Shown: in pieces, positions 49,993-62,239 of the stretch | Layout: each line of letters starts with the position of its first letter | Position numbering within the stretch: position 1 is the first letter of the stretch | Assembly (NCBI RefSeq): GCF_018350175.1 | Contig: NC_058368.1 | Span: 69,628,001 to 69,692,000, forward strand | DNA from: Felis catus | Taxonomy: Eukaryota | Reading direction: 5' to 3' | DNA length: 64,000 nt | The notes under the pieces: model-generated | The model's input: only the letters and a program-made list of their open reading frames with translations | Databases searched by the model: none | What the model was told of the DNA's origin: nothing | Translations under genes and position numbers: made by a program

Positions 49993-50009
49993 TTTTTTTC
50001 TTAGCAGGT

Positions 50010-50232
50010 TTTTGTTGTTGTTTAGTTTTTTTAAATGTTTTATTTATTTTGAGAGAAAGATAGGGCATGAGCAGCGGAGGAGCAGAGATGGAGGGAGGGA
50101 GAGAGAATCCCAAGCAGGCTACGCGCTGTCCTTGCAGAGGTTGACGTGGGGCTCGAACCCTTGAACCATGAGATCATGACCTGAGCTGAAACCAAGAGTT
50201 GGATACTTAAATGACTGAGTCACCTGGGTGCC
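50010..50232 (-). mobile_element. Can-SINE within a degraded L2 (about 49190-51110)
   Basis: SINE body. The flanks carry L2-like ccatatccaggccatcagtaaatcc and cactagaccagaagctccgtga. Confidence 0.85.
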
Positions 50233-51162
50233 TTGTGGTGACTTCTAGTGTGAGATCTCCTGTCCAGGCTTCATCTCAGAGCTCCAGACGAGTGCATCCA
50301 CCCTTTCCATACTGTCTCTTGTTCATGAAATCCAAGGGCACCTCAACAAGATCAAAATGTCTAGAACCTCCATCCTGGCCCTCTTCCAGCACTCCCATCT
50401 TTGTGACTTGTACCAGCATCAGTCCAGATGCCCTCAGCAGAAATTCTCGTGTCATTTTGGTCATTGTCTTCTGCCTCAGCCACCATATCCAGGCCATCAG
50501 TAAATCCCTGGGGATTTTACCTCTTAAATTTTTCTCAGATCCGCCCACTTCCCCCGACTCTACTTCTGCATTCCTGGTCCAAAATACCATCCTCTCTTGC
50601 CTGCACGATTTGTGTGGTCAGCCTGCCTCTGCTCCGGCCCCTCTGTCTGTTCCCACACTGCCAGATCAGTCTTTTTACAGTGCACATCTGACTGTATCAG
50701 CCCCGTGCTTAAATCCTTTACATTGCTCTTAGGATAAGGATGAAGAATCTCAACGTGGCTTCCGGCAGGGCTGACCCCTTCCTGACCCACCAGCCCTGCT
50801 CTGCAGCTGTCCCCTTGCACCTCTGGCACCTGGACAAAGGTTTTACCTGTGTGTCTTCTGTTCCCTTCAGATCTCCACATGACAGCATCTTCGGGGACAT
50901 GTTCCCTCCACAATGTCCTGTTTGTATCGGGTCTCTGATCCCCCTGCCCCCATGCCTGGGTCAGACTGCTCTGCCCCAGACCCTGGGAGTCCTCTGCTCC
51001 TCCCTTCATTCCCTTTGGGTCAGGCACGTCTTCACTTTTGTCAGTTTAGGGGAGTTGGTTCCTGTCACTTCCTCACTAGACCAGAAGCTCCGTGAAGCAG
51101 GAGAGCAGCAGAGGATAGGAAATACAGAAATGAGAATTTCATGATAAAATCTTACTGATCAG

Positions 51163-51850
51163 ACGCGCCTGGGTGGCTCAGTCAGTTGAGCATCCCGCCT
51201 CTCAGTTTCTGCTCAGGTCATGATCCCATGGTTTGTGAGTTTGAGGCCCGTGTAGGGCTCTGCACTGACAGTGTGGAGCCTGCTTGGGATTTTCTCTTTA
51301 TCCCCCTCTCTCTGCCCCTTCCTTTCTTATGTGTGCACATGCGTTCTCTGCCCCCGCCCCAATCTCTCAAAAATAAATAAACATTTTTTAAAAATTAAAA
51401 AACATTGGGGTGCCTGGGTGGCTCAGTCAGTTGAGTGACCAACTTCGGCTCAGGTCATGATCTCACAGTTTATGGGTTCGAGCCCCACATCGGGCTCTGT
51501 GCTGACAGCTCGGAGCCTGGAGCCTGTTTCAGATTCTGTGTCTCCTTCTTTCTCTGCCCCTCCCCCACTCATGCTCTGCCTCTCTCTGTCTCAGAAATAA
51601 ATAAACATTAAACATTTTTTTTAATTAAAAAAAATTCGGGGCGCCTGGGTGGCTTAGTTGGTTAAGTGTCCAATTTCAGCTCTGGTCACAATCTTACAGT
51701 TGGTGGGTTTGAGTCCCACGTTGGGCTCTGTGCTGACAGCTCACAGCCTGGAGCCTGCTTCAGATTTTGTGTCTCCCTCTCTCTCTGCCCCTCCCTCTCT
51801 CTCTCTCTCCCTCTCAAAAATAAACATTAAAAAATTTTTTTTAATTAAAC
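51163..51850 (+). mobile_element. Three tandem Can-SINEs (starting about 51163, 51407 and 51638)
   Basis: Three complete heads, linkers and tails. Outer TSD-like aaaatctta. Confidence 0.93.
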
Positions 51851-52910
51851 AAAATCTTATTTGAAAAGGTGATGGGGGAAGAGTAACCTAAATAAGCAGA
51901 GACTTAAAATTTTTAGTTTTTGCATTACAAGAATTCTTACTGCTCAATTTAAGGCTAATTTGAATAATGGAGAAAGGCAGAAGACAGGAAGTCGCTCATC
52001 TTCCAACCTCCCAAACACATTTTCCCACGTACTTAAATATTCACCAAGAACATAATTTTTAATGCCTGCATGATAATGTGTCATATAAATGTAGACTTAT
52101 TTTATTTCATTTATTGTAAAAATTTTTTACTATCAGCAATGCTAATCACAACATTTTTATTTTACATAAATCTTTGTGCATAAATGTATGATTTACCAAA
52201 GTTGTATTACTGGATGAAAGAATAAGTGTAGGAGCCTTTTTTTTTTAGGCTTTAGATCATTATTCGTGATTATTCCTTAATTAGTCTCCAGAAACATACC
52301 AATTCATTTATTTGCCAATAGAGGTAAGACAGTGTACATTTTCTGCTACCTTTGCTAAATCTGAGAAGTATAAAATGCAAATGTGTGCATACATAGAGGC
52401 ATATCTAGATGCAAATGTAATGGGCAGAAGGGGTATTTGATTATTCAGACTTGCGTTTGTAGGGTGAATCACTCCTGAATTTGAACATTTTCCCATTAGC
52501 CATTGTTTGTCATTTAGCTGTTATTCTTTGCATAGTTTGGGAGTATTTGGTTTTTCTTATTATAAATCCTCTTTATATTAGGCACATTAACCTTGCTTTT
52601 GTCATACATGCAAATATGAGCTTCAGTAGAACCCTTTTCAAATGACCAGGAATTGAGAGAAAAGCATGTGTGAAATGGGATAATACGGTTAAATTATGTT
52701 TTATCAAGAAGGGCAGCTGGTTTCTCTCTCTCTCTCTTTTAATCTTGCCCCCTAAACTGCACGTGTGTGAAGAGTCTGGCCCTTGAAGCTGGATATACCT
52801 GGCTTCAGGCCTGGCTCTGCCAGCCAGGGACAAATTACTGGTCCCTACAAGTCTCAGGTTACTCTCCTGGGCAGCAGAAATCCTTCTGACCTTGTCAGAA
52901 GGTGAAGAGT

Positions 52911-53125
52911 GGGGTGCCTGGGTGGCTCAGTCGGTTGCTTGGCTGACTTTGGTTCATGTCATGATCTCGTGGTCTGTGAGTTCACACCACAGGTCAGGCT
53001 CTGTGCTGACAGCTCAGAGCCTACAACCTGCTTCGGATTCTGTGTCTCCCTCTCTCTCTGCACCTCCCCTGCTCATAATCTATCTCTGTCTCTCAAAAAT
53101 ACACATTAAAAAAAATTTTTTTTAA
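52911..53125 (+). mobile_element. Can-SINE
   Basis: ggggtgcctgggtggctcagtcggtt head with linker and tail. Confidence 0.92.
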
Positions 53126-53601
53126 AGAGGTAAAAGCTTATGGAGAGTACCCAGTGCAGAGGTAATATTCTAAACATCCCTTCCCATATCCCTCAAAGAC
53201 GTGCTGTTCTGTAACTGTTCTGTAAATGCGTGTATGGTATTTTGTTTCATTAAGGAGCTTGCATATTTCACTCAGCTTGTAGCCACACATGCAATCCTGC
53301 ATCCGTGTTTGCTGAGTGGCTAGCTTTGGTGGAACACTGCGGATGACAGGAGACACATTCATAGTTAACCATTTGAGTCTGGGAGAGATTGTAGCTTTGA
53401 AGCTCAGGGATAATGCCAGCAAATTTGGATCTGTACTATAAAAGGGGTCAGTGATGGAAGATATGCCGTCCTGCAGAGAATAGGAACAGACGGTCTCGAA
53501 TACTCAAAAAGTATTTTGATTTTAAACAGCTCCAAGTCAAGCCTCCAAATACTTGCATCCTTTCATTGAGAATTTGTCTCAATCTGTTTTTTCCTTTGTA
53601 G

Positions 53602-53644
53602 GTGTGGCTGGATCTCTTAAAACCTATTGTCAAGCAGATTAGAA
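53602..53644 (+). CDS. FARP1: FARP1 internal coding exon (equivalent to exon 4), 43 nt, phase 0-1: VWLDLLKPIVKQIR+A
   Basis: Acceptor ttttttcctttgtag| and donor |gtaagt. Contains the FERM WLD..K.I.KQ motif and is in frame with the previous exon. Missed by the ORF track. Confidence 0.95.
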
Positions 53645-54094
53645 GTAAGTATACACCATGTGTTTAACAGTGATGTTAAATATAAAGCCAGACATTTTCC
53701 TCCTAGACGTTGTTTGCCCTGTGGCATCCAGCACACTGGTGACACAGATTCTTTTTTTTTTTTTTTTTCTTTTTTTGGCCCCATGATTTCTTTTCATCCA
53801 CTAATCCATGTGCCATTAAAATGTCTCTTCTGCAGTATTAATATTTAACAATTTGGTAATCAAAACCTTGCTTGGAAAATCAAACCTCATTTTGATTAAC
53901 GACTAGAGCATGCTGTTAATCTCCAGACTAATTGAGCTTGCCTGGTCTCTGTCCGAGGTTGTTACTGTCACTTTTGAAGGGGAAGGTGCAACCATGTATT
54001 CATAAAATTGATGTTAGGTTTTCTGTCCTGCCTCTTCAATGCCTGTGAAATCAGAGTGCAAGTATTGGTTGCTTGGAAAAATAAAGTGCCTGAA

Positions 54095-54097
<3 letters not shown>

Positions 54098-54137
<40 letters not shown>
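54098..54137 (+). repeat. (GT)20 microsatellite
   Basis: Perfect dinucleotide run. Confidence 0.97.
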
Positions 54138-54138
<1 letters not shown>

Positions 54139-56137
54139 TGAATGGCAGGCAGAACTGAAGGGAATCTGGCTTGCATTTACAGTATGTGTTGGGGAAGATT
54201 AAGGAGGATTTAGGAGAGGAGTGAGGGAAGAAGGCTTGCTTTCTCTGTCCCTTCTCATTGTGCCCCAGGACCAGGACCGTTTCCCTCCTCTCCACTTTGA
54301 GGTCAAGCGCAGAGTCAGACAACTCATCCCAAATGCCTCCTCACTGCAGCCACAGCCCGGGCAAAAGTCTGAGGGTAGTAACAGAGGTGCATTCCATTAG
54401 TTGAGCTTGAAGCTCCACACTACCTTGCTGGGATCGTTTTAATGTCTGATTAAGAAGCCCCACTGGGCCACTTCTAGCAATTTTTGTGGCTGTACTGAAC
54501 AGGCACACGGTGTCTGGATGGCCCCTGTGCACTTGAAATGGATGTTGAGCTTCTGTCATTTAAATTAAGCAATTATTGATGCCGAAAATGAAACCGGCAT
54601 TGTTTGTTTAACATTTACGAGGGTGGCTGGCCAGTGACCTGAGCGTGCGGGGGCCGGAGGGTAGGGGCACAATGCTGGGAGAAGCCCCTCGGCCTGACGG
54701 GGGAGGTAGCGAAGCATCCAGAATGATGACGTGTGTCCCTGCAATACCTCCTGGGAAATGCTCACTGTGGCAAGGTGTCTTTTAGCCCGTTGCCAAATAC
54801 AGACGGAAGACCGCGTCTGTCACTGCTGGGTCCACCCTGGAGTGAGGATTCTCCTTCTGTCTCTGCGTGCTATGGCTAGCTGTGTGAAGCTGTCATTGTG
54901 CATTGGGGGATAGCACCTTCCTACTTTTGGGTTTTCTAAGGATCTGCGTGGCCTCAGGGGATCCCCGTGGAGAGGATATAGCATGGTTTTTCCTGTTCTT
55001 CCCCGTTTTGCTATTGTTACTTTATGATCCAGAGTTGACAGGCGAGGGTTTCTATTAATTGTTAGAGTGAGTGGTCAGGGAAAGGGGGCCCAGTGTCTCC
55101 GGGCTTCATTATTTCTGTGCCATGTTTTTCTCCTCATTTTGTATATATTGCCTACATCTTCACCTTCTGTCGCTTTTGCGTTTTTTTCATAAACTTAAAT
55201 ATGTTATCATAAAATAATACAGCATCTGTTTTTTGTGACAGCGAAGGCAGAGCAAAAAAAATTTTTTTCTGCTTTTAGACAACTGCTGTTAAAATTTGGA
55301 TTTCGTTATCATACCTTATATTTTTTCATAGAACATAAACTCATTGCTGTCATTCCAAATGGTAGAACCTACAAGACTGCTCTTCCATTGAGCATAAATA
55401 TATATGTGTGTAGATATATGTATAAAATTTGATCTGTACCTCAAAACAAGCTCTGATTCGGGTTACAAATTATTATGATCTGCTTGACATTTTAATTCTG
55501 ACAGGTGACCCATCCCATTGATCTTCTCCCTGTCCACCCACCCCAGATCTGCTTCCTGATTTTGCCTGAACTCGTCCGTAAGATGGCTTATAAGACACCT
55601 ATAAGGGCTTCGGCTGACTGGACAAGGGCAGGGTCACGTCGTATTGATGTTTTTTTCTCCAGCGCTCGGGGAGCACCTGACACATAGATGCTCATACATA
55701 TTTGATGAACACAGTGGAAGCTGTACCTTGTAGATCATGTAAAGTACTAAATTGTATAACCGATTTACGTTTTCATTATTTCCTCATTGTCGAAAGCCCA
55801 TATTTTGACTGAAAGGGCCAATTTGATAAGTTTTTGAAGACGAATGCCTGTTTTTAAAGTCCGGGCACAGTTTAAGTCCTCAGAGAAAAAATGTAATACC
55901 TGAATGAAATACTTTTGTCAAAACGTTATTTTATAAGGGCTCTCTGTCTCCCTGCAATATGGAAGTATGAATTAGGAACTGAACTACCTGTTCAGCGACC
56001 TGGACGTCAACAGATGGACTCTTGGTGGCTTGGAATGAGATCCATTATTTGCTGTATAATATACCTTCCGAAGTCTTTTTCTTTAATTGCATTTGGAACA
56101 AATCAAAAATGCTCTACTGTTTTTTGCCCCCTTTTAG

Positions 56138-56216
56138 GGCCAAAGCATGTTGTTGTGAAGTTTGTGGTGAAATTCTTTCCACCTGACCACACACAACTCC
56201 AGGAAGAACTCACAAG
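56138..56216 (+). CDS. FARP1: FARP1 internal coding exon (equivalent to exon 5), 79 nt, phase 1-2: (R)PKHVVVKFVVKFFPPDHTQLQEELT(R)
   Basis: Acceptor tttttgcccccttttag| and donor |gttagt. Contains the FERM VKFFPPD...LQEELTR motif. The split codon A+GG (Arg) joins it to the previous exon. Confidence 0.96.
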
Positions 56217-56957
56217 GTTAGTGGTTTAGAAACTTGCTCTTTATTGCCACGGGGTGCCGAGGAGAAGGGAAAGTTAATGTTCTCCGTCCACTGATTCAGC
56301 ATTTTCACAGCGTTTACCTGACCCGCATCTGCTCCGTGCTCCCGATGGTGCTGACCAACATGGGGAGAAAGAATGTACCACATTTTCCTTGAATCCTGGG
56401 TTTCTGCAAAGCTGTGCTGTGAACTGGTCTTATAACCTATTGCTGTCATATTTCCCTTCTTCTGTCTGTCACATCACGAGACAGTTTGGGGAAGTCAGAC
56501 CCTGTGAGACCAAGATGTTAACTCCGTTTCTCTCTGTTGCTGCCATGGGTGACTGGACGTGAGCTGAAGATCGATTTCTTTGAAAGTTGGCCTAAGTGGG
56601 AGAAGCGTGAGCACGGAGTCAGGCCTGCCCTTGTCCCTGGGTCACTGGCCAATTTACTTGTTCCCTCTGCGCTTCTGCTAATTCCCCTGTGTCCGTGCGA
56701 CCACGCTGGTTGCTTGGCCACGGTTGTTTTGAGGATAAGCAGTCGTATACATAAAGTGGCCAGAACCAGTAGGGATGCTCTGAATGATAACCATCATCAC
56801 CCTTATTATTACCAATTTTATAATTTGCACAAGACGCACATATGCTAAAGGAGAACAGAGTCTGGTGGGAATGTGTGAACACACAATGCCTCCCTTTCAA
56901 GAGTGCTCTTACAAGTGGTACATTAGTCTGACCAGCCACAGCCCTGCCACCTGGGGC

Positions 56958-57170
56958 TTTTTTTTTTTTTAATGTTTGTTTATTATTTTTGAGAGAGAGA
57001 GAGCACAAGCAGGGGAGAGGCAGAGAGAAAGGAAGGCACAGAATCTGAAGCAGGCTCCAGGCTCTGAGCTGTCAGCACAGAGCCCGACGTGGGGCTCGAA
57101 CTCAAAGACCATGAGCTCATGACCCGAGCCTAAGTCGGACACTCAACCGACTGAGCCACACAGGCGCCCC
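56958..57170 (-). mobile_element. Can-SINE
   Basis: Full body. Confidence 0.92.
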
Positions 57171-57635
57171 GTGGCTTTCAGTCTCGTAGCTGATTAGACC
57201 AAGCCTGTCACATCCTTCTCTGCACTCTTGGTACAGAGGACAGGATCTTGGATACTGTGGGTGGTTGGTTGACCATCATTTAGCAAAGGGGTGAAGCCAT
57301 TCAGTCAGCAGTACTTACAAAGTGGACACTGTGTGCAAAGCACGCTTCCAGGCACCGGGAACCTGGTGGTGAAAAGACAAGCCTGACCCTCAGGGGAGCA
57401 GACAAGATGACTGATGAAGCAAAAACTATCAGATAACAGTAAGGGCTCTATGGGTAACTGAAGGAGAAGGATGTGATAGAAGGTGACCAGGGCACTGCTT
57501 GTGATGGCTCAGTCTGCGGTGCCTCTCTGAGGAAGGGATGAGCATCTGTCCCTCCTTTTTGGAGGAAGAGCTTTCCAGGTAGAAGGAACAGCTGGGCAGT
57601 GACCGAGGCAGGAAAAAGTTCCAGATGTTCAAATA

Positions 57636-57957
57636 CAGTTGACCCTTGCACGACATAGCTTTGAACTGCACACATCCACTTACATGCAGATTTTTTTTAT
57701 GTAGATACAACACAAGGACTGTGAATGTATTTTGTCTTCCTTAGGGTTTTCTTCATCATGTTTCTTTAGCCTACTTTACCGTGAGAATACAGTGTACAAT
57801 ACATAGAACTTACAAAATACGTGTTAATTGTGTTTGTTATTGGCAAGCCTTCTAGTCAACAGTAGTTACGTTTTGGGGAAGTCAACAGTTATATGCAGAT
57901 TTCTGACTGTGCAGGGGGCTGGAGCCCTAATCCCTGTGTTGTTCAAGGCTCAAACTG
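57636..57957 (+). mobile_element. Tigger2-type MITE nested in an L2 (about 57295-58460)
   Basis: TIRs cagttgacccttg and ttgttcaaggctcaaactg, with TA on both sides. L2-like flanks. Confidence 0.85.
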
Positions 57958-58962
57958 TACCTAAGAGAAGGCTGGCATGGCAGGAATGGAGAGGGTGAAG
58001 TGCAGTGAGGTGGGACAGAGGCCAAATGTTTCATGGGGTTGAAAGTCTAGCTGCCATATGGGTGCTGGGGGACAGTGACAGCTGGGAATCCAGTGAGGTA
58101 GCCATTGCTGTTGTCCACGCCACAGTGGTGGCAGCAAAGGAGGTGGCAGGCGTGGAAGCAGAGAAGGGTGGCTGCAAATGCTGGACTACGTGCTGGAGAC
58201 GGGGGTCCATCTGTCGTGGTGACGGGCTGGCGGTGGAGGCCGAGGAGACAGAGGGATGCTTAGATTTTGATTTAAGCAGCTGGCTGGCCATTTTGGTGGC
58301 AACTAAAATGGGAAAGGGTGGAGGGAAGTAGGTGATGACTGAGGGGTGGAGAGTCGGGAGGTTGGTTCTGCCGGCTTATGTCTGAGATGCCAATTAGACA
58401 TCGTGTGGCGGTGTCCGGAAGGGCACTGGGGACACGAATGTGGAGTTCCAGGAAGAAGTGAAGGCCACGTCTTCCCGTGGCTTTCAGTTTTCTGAATGAT
58501 TTGCTGCTAATTGTTTCCCTCTACTTATAATCCTCAAATCGATGAAGCCGTTATGTAGCCCGGGATTGCAGGAGCCAGCAGCCTTTTGGGAAGCATGCAC
58601 GGTTGACTAGAACGGTTCACGTAGAGGAGACACAGCTGGGCTGCTACACCAGGATGCATAAGACAGGCCAGTGACAACAGAGTCTTCTGTGGTGTCACTG
58701 CTGGGGCTATTGTGTCTCTGTTTCTGGGCTGGGTTTCTTATTGTAACGTGCATTGCTTGAAGCTCAGACTATTGACATAAATCTAAAGGCAAGTCCAGCT
58801 GTTGGTCAACAGCCTGCCTTTGCATCCTGCATGTCACTGGGCCTCTGTCCTGCTTATGAAGTTGGCATAAATCCTTTTTTCCCCGTCTCCATTCCAGTTT
58901 GCTTTGAGTTTTGCACCTTTTCAATTCTTGTGAATCATTGTCTGCAGAGGCTTGTAGTTTTC

Positions 58963-59178
58963 TTTTTTATGTGTGTATGTGTTCATTTATTTTTGAGAGA
59001 GAGACAGCACGAGCAGGGGCGGGGCGGAGAGAGAGGGAGACAGACACAGAATGTGAAGCAGACTCCAGGCTCTGAGCTGTCAGCACACAGCCTGACACAG
59101 GGCTGGAACTCACGAACCGCGAGATCGTGACCTGAGCCAAAGTCGGACGCTTAACGGACTGAGCCACCCAGGCGCCCC
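58963..59178 (-). mobile_element. Can-SINE
   Basis: Full body. TSD-like gt(a/g)gttttct. Confidence 0.92.
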
Positions 59179-61249
59179 GTGGTTTTCTACTATTCGGGTT
59201 TTTCTTCTAAAATTCCATACTGCTTGTGGCCATTGAGCCAAGTGTGCCCGGGATATTGCCGGCTGCTCGGTGGAATCTGTCAATTCCTCAGGGAACCCGG
59301 GCTCAACAGATGGATTGTTTAGGGTTGTGTTGTCTTTGTTTTCTGGCTCCCAGTGTTAACTGACATTTTAAAAATCTTTTCCAAGGAGAGAATCCTTTTG
59401 GTGCAAGGGCGAATGAAATTGATACGAAACTTAGAAGCTCCCCATCGCTTTTGACTTTGTCACGAGGTGTAGCGGGAAGGGGGACCTTCCAGATCCGATG
59501 TGTTGCCTCCCTCATTCTCAAATTCCCGTGTAAGCAGAAATTGAATGATGTGACCTTTGAGGTCCAGGCACTTTCCTGTGGCAGATGGGGAGTGCAGGAG
59601 GGCTTGGGAGAAGCTCTGTGTGGACAGCAGTTCAGGCGAGGGATGTGGGGACAGAGGCAGGCCTACAGTTCAGCCGACTAAAAGGGACTCTAGCTCTCTG
59701 GTTAATTCTTGGGGCCTCAGGAATAGCTTTCAGCTTCCCGCTTGTACAAAAAGCAGATTGAATTGCACTTTGCTGTTAACCAAGAAGCTGAATTCCTTTC
59801 TATTTATTGAACTGCACTTTCAGCGGCTGTTGTGTCCTATTGCTGCTAGGGCCCGGGCCTCTAGAGGGAGAGAAAAGTACTGAGTGGTGGGTACAGGTTT
59901 TAAACAGCTAGGGAGGGGTCTTCAGAAAAGAACTTGCCACATTTTCTCATCGCAGAGTTCCGAGTCACTCTTGTTGGGCTATAGGGCTTTGGTACACTTT
60001 GCTCTGGGCATGTGATCTTCAGTAGGATCCCATTTCTCCTTGGCTCTGCCCTTTCTAGGGGTGGAGAGAGACCTCTGAGAACTTGCAGTGTTTGCAAGGC
60101 CTGAGGTGGTTCCTCAGGCTGGCAGAGAAATTGTAAGTTACTTTCCATTGAATACGAAAAGAAAGGCTAAGACCTCCCAGGCTAAGATGAAACAAATTAA
60201 AATAGACCCATTTAAAGCAAGGCATCAGATTGGTGTGATTTGTAACTCTGACGATCCCTGGAAACCAAAAGCCCTCTTCGTTAGCCCTGGCACCATCATC
60301 CCCTTCTCCTGACACCCACCCTTGTGCCGGGGACTGACTCTGCTTTGAGCGCTTTGCATTTTCAGCATTCACTCAGTTAATTGTATTTAGTGCCTGCTGA
60401 GTTCAACCTAGCCTTTAGCTCCTGTGTGTTTGATGGGGATTGTTTCCGTTTATAATACGAAAGGTGTTGCTGAATCTCTAAAGTTAGCATCGAAGCCAGC
60501 TTGCTCAAGATTTATAGCTGTCATTAGGAAGTGAACAGTCAGTACCCAGGAAGGTCTTCCTTGTATTACAGGGGCCTCTGAACAGGGAGACTCCGCGTGA
60601 TTCGGGACTGCAGGCTCACTGCGGTCTTCAAAATGCCACTTCCCCTGTGCCTAAATGTGTGGGCTTTCAGAACCGCTGCTGACTGAGAGTCTACATGAGC
60701 CCATCAGCCAAAGTCCCCAGAGCCTGTCAGACTCTGACCATTGATCCGTCCCTGAACGCTTCTCCGCAAACACAAGACCCTGTGTTTGAACTGGTGGATG
60801 GTAAAATATTCACAGTGTGATGCTTTTATGCCGCCTACTTAAAAATTAACCAGATAGAAGATTAAAGCTTGTAGCTGTAAGAAGTGTTCAGCTCAAAAAA
60901 TAGTACTCCTTGCCTAATCCAGAAAGATGGCTTATACTGCCTCTTGCCTTGTAAACCAATATGTTGATGTTTTGGTTCTTTTATATTCTCTGCCTTTCTT
61001 CCCTTTGACTTTCCAGAGACAGAGAACGTGAGAGCAAGAATAAATATAAGGGGCTGGGTAAAGGCCAACGGTTATCGACGAGTGGATCTGTGGGGTTTTT
61101 TTGTTTTGGGTTTTTTGTGGGGCTGGCTACAGAATTGCCTTTGTAGCTTTCGTAGGTTTTTTTGTTTGTTTGTTCTTGAGGTTGTTTTGTTTTGTTTTAG
61201 TTTTTTAGTTAACAATGGAATTTCTTAAATAACTTAAAGAGAATTCATT

Positions 61250-61603
61250 TTTCTTTTTCTTCTTTATTTTTTTTTAAATGTTTATTTTTGAGAGAGAGAT
61301 TGAGACAGAGCACAAGTGGGGGAGGTGCAGAGAGAGAAGGAGACACAGAATCCGAAGCCGGCTCCAGGCTCTGAGCTGTCAGCATAGAGCCTGATGAGGA
61401 GCTCAAACTAACGGACCGCCAGATGATGACCTAAGCCGAAGTCAGATGCTTTACGGACTGAGCCACCCAGGGACCCCTTTTTCTTTTTCTTTTATTTATT
61501 TATGTTTTTAATTAAGTAAGCTCTATACCCAACGTGGGGCTTGAACTCACAACCCTAAGATCAAAAGTCCCATGCTCTACCAGCTGATCCAGCCAGGTGC
61601 CCC
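61250..61603 (-). mobile_element. Full Can-SINE (about 61262-61477) in the tail of a short Can-SINE (about 61490-61603)
   Basis: Two heads on the minus strand. TSD-like ttttctttttcttt around the first. Confidence 0.85.
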
Positions 61604-62006
61604 TAGTTTTTCTTTTATAAGAGAAAATTTGCTAACATTATTGAATGTTTTTATTCTAGTCACTGTGCTTTCCATGTATTACTTTATTTCATTTTTATAG
61701 AACCATCTGTGGTTGGTCTAATTAAAAAAGCCCCCCCCTTTTTAAAATTAAAAATAACCTTTCATTATTACAAAAATAGCAAATGTACAGTATAGAAAGT
61801 TAGAACATACAGATAAACAAGTATAAGAAGATAAAATACTGTATTCCTGTTCCCCAGAGGTGATCATTGTTAATACATTAGTGTGATTCCTTTCTGATTT
61901 TTTCTACACATATGTATGCACTTTTCATTTCATCTAATATCTTGGCCATACTCAAATTTGTCCCATAAATGTCATTTGTATGTACTCATCTAAAATGACA
62001 TTCATG

Positions 62007-62178
62007 AGGCACCTGGGTGGCTCAGTCGGTTAAGCGTCTAAGGCTCAGGTCATGATCTCACTGTTTATGGGTTCAAGTCCCGCATCAGGCTCCATTCTGA
62101 CAGCTTGGAGCCTGGAGCCTGCTTCAGATTCTGTGTCTCTTTCTCTCTCTTCCCCTCCCCTGCTCGTGCTCGCTCAAT

Positions 62179-62221
<43 letters not shown>

Positions 62222-62225
62222 CCTC
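62007..62225 (+). mobile_element. Can-SINE with (CT)n and no A tail
   Basis: ggcacctgggtggctcagtcggttaagcg head. Confidence 0.88.
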
Positions 62226-62239
62226 CCTCCTTTGGACCT

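Noticed and set aside
49521..50164. Long Pro/Ser/Gly/Glu-rich ORFs (157-205 aa)
   Set aside because: These are translations of the stop-free CCT tract and a SINE, open in several frames.
55505..55687. Possible extra exon after ttctgacag|
   Set aside because: Weak pyrimidine tract, no convincing donor, and exons 4 and 5 already join into a continuous FERM sequence.
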